Source: Schmidtea polychroa
Taxonomy: Eukaryota
Direction of reading: 5' to 3'
Length of the DNA stretch: 64,000 nucleotides
NCBI GenBank assembly: GCA_044892525.1
Contig: CM097885.1
Location: 29,824,001-29,888,000, forward strand
In this document: in pieces, positions 1 to 9,638 of the stretch
Layout of the letters: each line of letters opens with the position of its first letter
How positions within the stretch are numbered: the first letter of the stretch is position 1
Made by a program: the position numbers and the translations under genes
Notes under the pieces: model-generated
What the model was told of the DNA's origin: nothing
Databases searched by the model: none
Seen by the model: the letters and a program-made list of their open reading frames with translations, nothing else

Positions 1-769
1 AATAAAATATAAAAATATCTTTTGGCTAAGATAAACATTTTTAGAAATTAAAATGTAAACAATAATTATTTAAAATTGAAAGTTCAAATATTGAATTAAA
101 AAAAATTTTTTTGGCAGAATGGGTTTATTTAATTATAGTTGAATTATTTGTATTTTTTTAAAGTTAAAAATGAAAGTGTGTATGTAAGTCATAAATATCA
201 TAAGAAAATTTAAATGATAAAAATTAATTTATTATTAAAAATAATTGAAAATATACAAAAAACAAATCAAATTTAAAAATATCAATAAAAATATTTAGAA
301 ATAAAAGTTAAAACAATTTTTAAAATTTAATATTTTTTTTTAAAAATGGAAGGTCAAATATCGAATTTAAAAATATTTTAATCCAAATTTAAAAAAAACA
401 TTTAATTATAATAATAATATTGAAATTTTAGATCAAGATGATAATAAACAATTAGAATGTTACAATTATATTTATGAAAAATATATATAAAATATCAAAC
501 TTTAAAGAAAATTATATCAGAATATGATTTTAAAGATAAAAAATATATTAAAATTTCAAATATATTTTAACAAAAAATATTGAAGTACCAACAGATTTAT
601 AATAACTCTAACAGTTATATAAATACATTTTTTTAGTTTAACTAATTCAATGAAAAAGAATTTTAAAACAATGAAAAATTCGAAATTCAGAACAATTCAG
701 AACCTCGTCCAAATGAAATTGGAAAAAGCCCTAAATAACTTTCCACCAGCATCCAAGATGAAAAACAAC
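1..769. repeat. Partial unit of the ~2.16-kb AT-rich satellite
   Basis: Matches the satellite text at about 14132-14900 up to GATGAAAAACAAC. Confidence 0.9.
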
Positions 770-1258
770 TGACTATTTCCCTTTAAAATTTTACCAATAA
801 GAACATTGTCGATTTAAATAGAGATTTCAAACATTTCCACCTTAACCGATCCCTCACCAAATATTTCTATCATTTTAAACACCTTAAAAATCGTATATTA
901 CCATCTTAACCAACCGACTTTAATATATCAGACCTTTAATATATCAATTCTCTTAAAATCCATAGAAAATTCTTCAAAATATGAATTTTATTTATTTGTT
1001 ACAGACATCCGTCCATTGAAATAATTTAGTATCTAAATTCATGTAGTAAGAGCCCATTAAAAAAATCAAAATTCACTAAAATCAATATTTTCTACAAATA
1101 TTTCACCACATTTACCATCAAATACCTAACTAGAAATGAAATATATTGATTGATCATAATTCTTCATCGATTCAGCTAATTATATAGCAATTATAACGTG
1201 ATATATCTTTCAAAATCACAAATTTCAGTATATTTTACAATAATTTTTACAAAAATTA

Positions 1259-1295
<37 letters not shown>

Positions 1296-1328
1296 TAATA
1301 ATAATAATATTAATAATATTAATAATAA

Positions 1329-1398
<70 letters not shown>

Positions 1399-1428
1399 AA
1401 CAACAACAAAGGATACAAAATACATTTA

Positions 1429-1812
1429 TTAATCATCAAATTTTTTATACAACAACCAAGCTAAACAATGTTGACCGCATGTTTGTGTCAAGGGATTTTG
1501 AAACATTGTTTTATTATATACAATAGGTTTCCCCATTGTTTGTAGTTTTGATACCAACAAAGCAGGGTAATAGAAACCCATAGGATCGAACACGAATATA
1601 TTACTAGGTTTCACATATATAGCAATCCAATGTTCTCCACCAAGATGAGACGATTGAGTATTGACGATTATGGCTTGATTATTGCTCAAATATGGGATTT
1701 TATCGAGAGGAAAAACTCCTACAAATTCATTTCCCAATATCTGTTTTCCAATTCTATTGACCTGAACAGAACTACTTTAATAAATTAAACAGTATTGAAA
1801 AACTTACTCCAT
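1429..1812 (-). CDS. Polinton adenain-type cysteine protease (PRO); spliced, with a 33-nt intron at 1775-1807
   Basis: GEHW, FDPMG and QTCGQHC motifs. Splicing GTAAGT...TAAAG gives the N-terminus MDSSVQVNRIGKQILGNEFVGVF. Confidence 0.85.
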
Positions 1813-1840
1813 GACAACTTTTTGGTGTTTCTGTATACAT

Positions 1841-3064
1841 TTATACTAGCACGGTTCTATTTGCAGTAATTTGAACTTCATTTTCAAATACTCCATATAT
1901 TATAACATGTACTGGTTCAGTAATGGCCTTTGCAAACTTTATATCCAGTCGTAAATTCCCGTTTTGTGGTAATTGACTCTGATTTAAATCAAAATCGGGA
2001 GCTAGAACAAATGTGAAAAATGGGTATTTGCTTTTAAATTCTTCAAGAGTTATTCCGCAATTCAAGTTTTTATCTAAATAACCCAGATTTCTAACAATAC
2101 TCTGCATATATGTCGCACAGTAATTATCATTCTCGAAATCTTGAGTATATGTTTCTCTATAATCAGTATTTTTCGATAAAGTCAATGAAGTAACACCAAA
2201 ATTTTTGAAAATTGAGCTGGAAGCAGTATACGATCCATTATATTGCGTTTCACTTTGAAATGTTACCAGAATAAAATTAGGCATTCTTCTGTCACCAAAT
2301 ATTTGTTCTTTATAGAATGATGAAGCACCTTTAGCAATAGCAAATTGTACAATTTCCTTTGTTTTTAAAGGATAAATTGCATGTTTTGAATTAAGCCCCA
2401 ATTGATGACCAGCTAATACTGACGGGTCTACTCGAACTCTTCTCACCAATAATTTTGCATCAACTAATTGACATATTGGTGCACCAGTTGCACTAGTAAG
2501 AGACAATGCAGAATCAGATCTTTTCAGTCTAATATGTATATTAACTCCCGGTAGTAAATATTTCGGTTGATCCATAAAATCAAGTTGTAATGATGAGCAC
2601 ATAGTGAATACTTTTGAGCCTTTAACCCACTTTTTTCTTTCATCATCTGCTGCTGCATAACCCATAGGTGTAAGACAGGTATTTTTAGTATCTGAATTGT
2701 AATTTAAAATAGTTTCTATCAAAGCCTTGTGAATGAATGTATTATTTCCACCCTCAATCTTGATATTATTAAATCCCAACACTGCATCTTTAAACAGAGT
2801 ATGAAACATGAAATTGTTTGGTAATACATCCGCATTGGCATCCAAAACCTTTCTATCTTTATCTACAACCTTGATCTGAACAGTCAATAAAGTATCGTTC
2901 AAATCTAAATATTCAGTTTGCGAACCATTAATATAAAACTCGATATCATTTCTACTATCAGTAATTGAATTCATAGGAAAAACTTCCTCAAAGGCACCAA
3001 ATTCTATTACTGCCTGGGGCGACGGTCTATCAAATATACATAATTCGGATTTACCACAAATCAT
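1841..3064 (-). CDS. Polinton major capsid protein (double jelly-roll, PY)
   Basis: 407 aa; KSELCIF, IEFYING..EYLDLNDT, FMDQPKYLLPGV.I.I.L and G.LRL.IKF motifs; lies in the morphogenesis module. Confidence 0.88.
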   Translation of the reverse strand: MICGKSELCIFDRPSPQAVIEFGAFEEVFPMNSITDSRNDIEFYINGSQTEYLDLNDTLLTVQIKVVDKDRKVLDANADVLPNNFMFHTLFKDAVLGFNNIKIEGGNNTFIHKALIETILNYNSDTKNTCLTPMGYAAADDERKKWVKGSKVFTMCSSLQLDFMDQPKYLLPGVNIHIRLKRSDSALSLTSATGAPICQLVDAKLLVRRVRVDPSVLAGHQLGLNSKHAIYPLKTKEIVQFAIAKGASSFYKEQIFGDRRMPNFILVTFQSETQYNGSYTASSSIFKNFGVTSLTLSKNTDYRETYTQDFENDNYCATYMQSIVRNLGYLDKNLNCGITLEEFKSKYPFFTFVLAPDFDLNQSQLPQNGNLRLDIKFAKAITEPVHVIIYGVFENEVQITANRTVLV

Positions 3065-3423
3065 TTTGCAAATATAGTTCCATGTCCTTTCATTCGTTTG
3101 TTTATACGCGATATTCCATGCCCTTTACGTTTTGGAGCTGGGACTGGAGGTGTATCTTTTTGAAACATACCAGCAACTCCAGGTAGAACCTTCCCTAACT
3201 CAGCTAAAGCATTTGTTTTTAGGGATGGTAATATTTTCTGTTCATTAATAATCACATCTTTTGCAGTTTTCATGCCAAAACTACCAATACGTTTAAGAAT
3301 GGGAAGTGCAAATCTCCCTATTGTTTTTAACCAACCTGATCCATACTGTTTACCAATAAAATATGGTAATTCACCACCAGATTGGCTATCACTATACATA
3401 CTAATAATATCGGAATTAGCCAT
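3061..3423 (-). CDS. Small basic Polinton virion/core protein with QxGG/QxGxG protease-site-like motifs
   Basis: QSGG, QYGSG followed by an amphipathic helix, and a basic tail. Start and stop overlap the neighbouring genes. Confidence 0.7.
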   Translation of the reverse strand: MANSDIISMYSDSQSGGELPYFIGKQYGSGWLKTIGRFALPILKRIGSFGMKTAKDVIINEQKILPSLKTNALAELGKVLPGVAGMFQKDTPPVPAPKRKGHGISRINKRMKGHGTIFAK

Positions 3424-4469
3424 CTACTTTACGAAAATGTAGTGTCAAATGAGTTTTTGAGTCTTTTGGGAAGTTTATAAGTTTTCCACTATCGTCACGA
3501 ATATTTATTTCTATATTGTTTATACATGAGCTTGAAATTGGTAAATACATGGGATTATCTATATTTATATTGACAACTTCATCATGTTCATATTTTCCAA
3601 TCCACACCGATTTCAATAGAGGAACACTGGAATCACCAACTATTATAGGCTCAATAATATTAGTATATATGAACATTTGTTGATGATGTTCAAGTATTCT
3701 TGGTTTACGTATACCAGCCGATTTTTCCCGATATTGCTGCTTCTCTAATCCAAGTGTATTTGTCAAATTTTTCGCAAATGTCATCATTCAAACTGAAGGT
3801 AAATAACAAATCTTTCACAATATCCAAACTTTTAAATATGTGTGAACAATTATACTTTAAATATTTAAGTAACACATCAAGTTTATCAATATATAATTCG
3901 TCAGCGAAGGTGAATGATTCTTCAACTTCATTATTATACGACACTGAAATTTTGATTTCTTCTCTCATTACACTGTTTGCTTCAAATAGATCAAAGCGTA
4001 ATAAATATTCTGTTTCCATAACTTCATTTTTCAACTTATTGCAACCCATTCGTCTGGCATCTTCAATATAATCGAATGTTATTGTAAATGGTTTAAAATC
4101 ACAACTGATATTTAATCCATCCTTGTAAAACATAGTGCAATGCTGATCTAATATTTGATTCGGAATATGATATGTTTTATCATAATTACTGATAATAAAG
4201 ATACCACTACATGTTTTCATAGCATTCCTTTTGAAATCAATCTTACATTGACTATAAAATGGGAATGTATTGTACACGAATGTAAAATCTTGCAGTGCAA
4301 CTTCCCAGTCACCATTTAAAGAAATCGGATTCTGGAGATTGACCATGAATTTACTGGCTTGATTATCTGAATAAATAAGCGGGCAACTATTGCTTGGTAA
4401 AATAGTATAAAAATTCACTTTACTAGGTCCTTTTCTGATATCCATGATGGGTTTTGATAACCATGCCAT
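3416..4469 (-). pseudogene. Minor capsid protein (penton, single jelly-roll) split by a frameshift near 3750-3790
   Basis: N-terminal FY..LPSNS...N..S.F...L...I.L.G.WEVAL lies in ORF 3705-4469. C-terminal IYTNIIEP..VGD..VPLL...P.Y.P....I.I.IRD..G..I.F...LHFR lies in ORF 3416-3787, in a different frame. Confidence 0.8.
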
Positions 4470-5470
4470 TTGACATAGTATTGTTTATCCTTGCCTTTAT
4501 TTTTAGTTTTCAAAATCTTCTGAATTCTAAATACTTTTGGGGGAGGAATAACTTGTAATTCCTGCTCATAAAATTTTCCTTGTACAATATTGTTATCATT
4601 GTCTTTGATGACATACATTACAGGATTCTGTTTAGTATTTATTTTTGAAATTACAAAGACTTCATCACTCCAATTCGTATCAAAATTTTTAATAAATGGT
4701 GATGCACTAATTTTACTAATTCTAACATGGTCACCTACTTTATATTTCGGTTTTGTAACTTTTTCAGATTTTTTAGAATAGATTGTTTTTGACGTGATAT
4801 CAGTCGGCCTTAATCCATTCAGTCCTTGATGTGATGAGTGATTATAACTGGTTATTATTTTTGGTAAAACCAATACCCATTTTTTATTACCTTGATGCAC
4901 GAATAATTTCTTTAGTCTATCTCTCAAAGTTCGGTTAAATCTTTCAACATGAGCAGCTTTGTATTGAGAATGTACTGAGTAATGGTTTATTTTCAATTTA
5001 TTGAGGATTTGCTTGACTTTACTGTTGTAGAATTCTTTACCTAAAATAATAATAATAATAATAAAAATAATAATATTAATACCTAAATCAGTTTGCAAGT
5101 TTTTAGGATGTCCATCTTTAAATAAATGATTAACAGCTTTGGACATTTCATCTGCAGATTTTGCCTTGACGGGTATTGCTCGGGCAAACCGACTGAATAC
5201 ATCAATACATGTTAAAATATATTTATACCCATTGTTAATTTTCGAATAGGGTATCATCTCCATCAAATCCATTTGCCATAAATCATTTATTCCATATGTT
5301 TTATATGCTCTTGTTGGGAATCGTTTCTGCATTGGTTTGTTCAAACTGTACGCAAGCTGGTCTGATAACCACTTCTGAGTTTCCTTTTTCGAATTCGGAA
5401 CTCTTTTCCTTAATTTTGCCACTCCACCAAAACCGGCTTCGTCTTCCGGGTTCGTCCAAATCTTCTCCAT
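4415..5470 (-). CDS. Polinton retroviral-like (RVE) integrase with C-terminal chromodomain; 42-nt intron at 5041-5082
   Basis: WQMDL, TD.G.EF (after splicing) and ERFNRT form the DDE triad; YYVKWHGY...SWI is a chromodomain. Likely start is MEKIW at 5470. Confidence 0.92.
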   Translation of the reverse strand: MEKIWTNPEDEAGFGGVAKLRKRVPNSKKETQKWLSDQLAYSLNKPMQKRFPTRAYKTYGINDLWQMDLMEMIPYSKINNGYKYILTCIDVFSRFARAIPVKAKSADEMSKAVNHLFKDGHPKNLQTDLGINIIIFIIIIIILGKEFYNSKVKQILNKLKINHYSVHSQYKAAHVERFNRTLRDRLKKLFVHQGNKKWVLVLPKIITSYNHSSHQGLNGLRPTDITSKTIYSKKSEKVTKPKYKVGDHVRISKISASPFIKNFDTNWSDEVFVISKINTKQNPVMYVIKDNDNNIVQGKFYEQELQVIPPPKVFRIQKILKTKNKGKDKQYYVKWHGYQNPSWISEKDLVK

Positions 5471-5528
5471 TACAACAAGAAGATTTAATATTAAATTTAA
5501 TGTCTGGTAATGAAGGATTAGCACCCAT
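5301..5528 (-). CDS. Candidate small N-myristoylated protein overprinted on the integrase 5' end
   Basis: MGANPS fits MGxxxS and is followed by CC. The ATG lies 4 nt after the upstream stop. Open in all three copies. Confidence 0.45.
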   Translation of the reverse strand: MGANPSLPDIKFNIKSSCCNGEDLDEPGRRSRFWWSGKIKEKSSEFEKGNSEVVIRPACVQFEQTNAETIPNKSI

Positions 5529-5531
5529 TGT

Positions 5532-6020
5532 TTATGATCGACTTCCTATTATTCCACCTAATAATGATATTGCTAAAGGTATCAATGCACCGATAAATCC
5601 CCCTTGTTGTTTATATATAATTTTTCTCATTTGTTGACGATTTTTATTATTTACTAATGATAGCAAAGGTTTCCTATGTTTACTCAATAATTGCTTTTTA
5701 GATTTACTGATTTTAATCTTGCCTTTGACTACTTTAAGTATAATATCGAGTAAATCATCGACAACATAATTTGGAAATGATTGCAAAATACTGTTTCTTT
5801 TCATACTTGGTGCCTTTAACAATGTATTGAAAAACGGGAAACTCCGATGATTTTTAACAACTTTTACTTTCTTAGTGGTTTTACTTTTAGGTTTAGGATT
5901 TTTCGAAATAAGATTCATTGCAGGAAAATTTTCTGTAATAAGATCTTTAGATGGAGTATAACTAGTTGTTGGTGGAACTTTTGTTTGTTTTTTACCCGAT
6001 ATCCTTGTTTTTGAAAACAT
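5532..6020 (-). CDS. Basic Polinton protein with an adenovirus pX-like C-terminus
   Basis: Lys-rich; ends QQGG|FIGALIPLAISLLGGIIG, resembling the adenovirus pX cleavage site plus hydrophobic tail. Confidence 0.72.
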   Translation of the reverse strand: MFSKTRISGKKQTKVPPTTSYTPSKDLITENFPAMNLISKNPKPKSKTTKKVKVVKNHRSFPFFNTLLKAPSMKRNSILQSFPNYVVDDLLDIILKVVKGKIKISKSKKQLLSKHRKPLLSLVNNKNRQQMRKIIYKQQGGFIGALIPLAISLLGGIIGSRS

Positions 6021-6033
6021 GATTTATATGTTT

Positions 6034-6345
6034 TCAACTTTGTTTCGAACTTTGTTTATATACCATGGCACCTTTTGGGTTGAAAATATCTGTTTTTACC
6101 CGTATATCATCAGGGCATTGTTGTGTGAAATCGAGAAATATATACCCATGCGGTATTTTCGTGGCATCTTGAAATGCACTGATAAGAAAATTACGGTTAT
6201 TAGGGTATGCTTGTCGTCCAAGAAAATCAATGACAGTTGCATCTCTAGGATTCTTGAAAATAACTAAATATTGTACATTTAAATTACGTGTTCGATGTGC
6301 ACCACCTTGATGAAATAGATTTTGTGTTATGAAAATAACTGTTAC
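6034..6345 (-). pseudogene. 3' half of the packaging ATPase (5' half deleted)
   Basis: Identical to the C-terminus of 31276-31914. Walker A and B are missing. Confidence 0.9.
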
Positions 6346-8390
6346 TGTCGCTAATTCTTGATCCTGATGACCAAATATCCGAATCAGAGAAAAGTACAAT
6401 AAAGGCCAAAATGGATGAAATACTAAGGATGACTACACAGGATCAAGCCCCATTCAACAGAATATCAATTGACGAATACCCCAAACAAGATAACGATTAA
6501 GAAGTTTTTGCAAATGAGTAGTCAAACAAAAATTTGGAAGAAATGAAAGCTTGGGCCGCCACAACCAGTTATCCCTGTGGTAAACACACAAATTCAACAA
6601 TCGAAGAGGATGAAAACATCGCAAAGGAATCAGAAATACAGAAAATTCACGAAAAAACCAATAAATTAGAGTCTGGAATACTGATGATGATGAAATGGAT
6701 ACAAACTCTAACCAATGAAATAAAAACTCTATCGGAAAAATTGGACAAATCGCAAAATGGGAATGAATCAGACGGAGGAATTCAAAGGAAAAGCTATGCC
6801 AAAATTGCCAAAAAATCAAATACAAATTTAAATCTCAAAGAAAATAACAAAAATTTAAATTTTACGAATTATAAAAATTCAGAAAATCCAGAAAATCCAG
6901 ATAATAATTTAACTTTCAAAGAAAATAATGAAAATTTAAATTCTACGAATTATAAAAATCCAGAAAACCCAGAAAATTCTGATAATAATTTAATTTTCAA
7001 AGAAAATAATGAAAATTTAAATTCTACGAATTATAAAAATTCAGAAAATCCAGAAAATTTAAAAGATTTTAAAAATTTAAAAAATGGAAAATCAATTAAA
7101 AATTTTAAAACTCAGTATACCTACTCCAAACACCGTGGCCTATATCAAACCAACATGCGCCACGGACTTAATAGAAAATAATAAGGCTGGTCTCTACAGA
7201 AACATCCATATGGATACAATCGTGGGCTCTGATAGGGTCGTATGGCTGATCCATTGGAATCTCTGTCACTGGTCAATATACCTAGCGGATAAAGAAAATA
7301 GGGAGTCGGTAATCCTTGATCCTGATGACCAATTATCCGAATCAGAAAAAAACACAATAAAAGCCAAAATGGACGAAATTCTAAGAATGACCACACAAGA
7401 ATAACAATTGACGAATACCCCAAACTATGACTGTGGGGTGTTCGTACTCCAATACATATCCGACTTCCTATCCAGTGACAGAGGGATCAGATTTACGACC
7501 CCAAACTCAATGGAAATCAGAGAGCAAATTAAAAATATCTTAATGGAAAATATAGACAAATATGATAGCCTAGCCTCAATCAAGAAAAATGAGGCTATTG
7601 AGGCTATCATAACCAGCTTCCGCCTACACAAGACAAACATCGACCAATTCCTCAAATGGTTCACTGATTTATTCAATAAAGATCGAAAGCCACAAAGGAA
7701 TCATAGAGATAAAACATATACAATTACCAAATGCTCCTACCAGATACAGAGAATATTCACAGTGGCACCTGGTAGGGCTATCAAAGAGATAGACAGAATC
7801 CTGGAACCGGCTACCGATTTAACATCAGCGGTGATAGACACATACTTCGAAAGACCCACTCCTCCAAAAATGAGAGAAAAACCAGCACCCATTAAAAGTG
7901 CTCCGGAGTGGGAAACAAATAAACCAATAACCAGGGCAGACATCGATGAAGCAATAATAAACAGCAAAGATGCTGCACCTGGTATGGACCAAATCCCACT
8001 TCGACAATGGAGGGAGTGGATGGCATTTGATGCGCTAACACCAATCTTCAACAAAATCCTGGAGACGCATCAAATTCCCGAAGTATGGAGAAAATATTTA
8101 TTTGAATTAAAGAATGAGAATCGTCAATTAAGTTTGGAAATGAAAAACATGAAGAAAATGATGGAACAAAAGATAAAATCAATTGAAACTTTAGAACAAA
8201 TTATCAAAGACTCTGCCAAAATTTCTACAGAAAATAGAAAAACACAACCAAATTCAGATGAGATTGTGAAAATTCGAGAAAAAGAGCATTATTTAAACAA
8301 AGTGTGTGTTACACATTAATTGTATACAAGATTGTTATCACAAGATTGCTTGTTTTTATTAATAAATTTTTGACTCTGACACCTCATGCT
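6346..8390 (+). mobile_element. Mosaic NeSL-like non-LTR retrotransposon remnant (ORF1, Ulp1 and pre-RT pieces), with antisense-28S segments at 6543-6583 and 8375-8390
   Basis: CHWSIY/DCGVF Ulp1 motifs and APGMDQI pre-RT motif; segments match 33680-33911 and 34564-34910; TAA at 7402; AATAAA at 8361. Confidence 0.82.
6836..7062 (+). repeat. 81-bp (27-aa) coding tandem repeat, ~2.8 copies, in ORF1 (also at ~37738-37964)
   Basis: KENN.NLN.TNYKN.ENPEN.DNNL.F is repeated. Confidence 0.85.
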
Positions 8391-9638
8391 GGTGTTCCTC
8401 ATCTGGGAAAAGTTTGCTGACTTATCTAAGATTTTTTAATTTTTAATTGAGCTTAATTCTGAATTTATTTCTTTTTGTAATTTTTCTATTGGTTTAAAAA
8501 TATTTTAAATTGATTTTAAATTTTTTAAATGATTTTTATTATTACTTTTAAAATTTCTTGGATTAATTTTATTATTTTTTGTATTTTTAATATTTAAATT
8601 TAAATCATGGGTATTTCCTTGAAAGTTTTTAAATTTTCTTGGATATTTATTTGAAAATTTAATTTCATGTTTAAATTTTTATTGTTTTCTTGAAATATTT
8701 TATTATTCTTTGAAATTAATTTTTCTTGTATTTTCTTGTATATATAATAAAATTCATGTTTTTATCCAAATTTAACATTATTTCCAAGCTTTTTTCTTGA
8801 TAAATAAATTTGTCTTGGATATTTTCTTGAAGATTTGACATATTGTGTATCACTTTTATTATTTCCATCTGTAATTTTCAAATTGAAGTTTTGTTTTTAG
8901 TATTTTTTATCTGGGAAAGGTTTAAAAAAATATCGAAAATATTAAAACAATACCATTTAATATTTATAATTTTATTGAAAATTTAGATCAAGATGATATT
9001 AAAAAAACTAGAATGTAAAAATTATATTTATAGAAAATTTATCTAAAAATTTATATAAGAATTTTGATAAAAAATAAATGATTAAACTACAAATGCTTAA
9101 AAATTATATATAACATTAAAAATATATCTAAACATTTAAACTTTAAAGAAATATATATTAAAATATAATTTTAAAGATAAAAAATCTTTAAATTTAAAAG
9201 AAATATGTTACCAAAGAATATGGAACTATCAACAGAAAATAATAAAAACTCTGAATGATAATTGAATAATAATTTTTAAAATGTTACTTATTCAATTAAA
9301 AACAAAAAACGAATCCAGATAATATTCAGGAAAGCAATAACAATGCCAAAAAACCAAGATCCAATAATGAAAAACGCAGCAACTCTGCCCAAAAAAATGA
9401 AATCAAAAATTCAGAGACTCCCATAAAACCATTAAACTTTGACAATAATGTCAAATCTAATGATATAAATATATTTCTATTCCATGAAAATACCAGATTA
9501 TCAAAAACATATATAGAAATAGAATATTATAAGAAGAAATTTGTAAAAATCTGTCAAAAATGATAAAAAATAGTGAATGTTATAAAAACGATAAATTTGT
9601 CGTTTAAATTATCGTTTTTATTGCAGTTTTAATTTTTA

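Larger units (their letters stand above)
768..6345 (-). mobile_element. Polinton/Maverick internal fragment (copy 1, truncated at both ends)
   Basis: Nearly identical to 26013-31587. Fused to satellite on the left and to retrotransposon sequence in mid-ATPase on the right. Confidence 0.92.

Noticed and set aside
19..32. CTTTTGGCTAAGAT matches the U2 snRNA 5' region (Utopia-type target)
   Set aside because: Only 14 nt. Paralogous satellite subrepeats read CTATTGCCTAAGAT or CTATTGAAGAAGAT, so it is probably chance.
1191..1439. Poly-Leu/Ile/Tyr ORFs (also at 21683, 22344, 26436, 52483, 53171, 57287)
   Set aside because: Translations of (AAT/ATT)n microsatellites.
3700..4071. Antisense ORFs over Polinton and LINE genes (e.g. 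3700, 5296, 7737, 20025, 33885)
   Set aside because: Shadow frames of genuine genes with no motifs.
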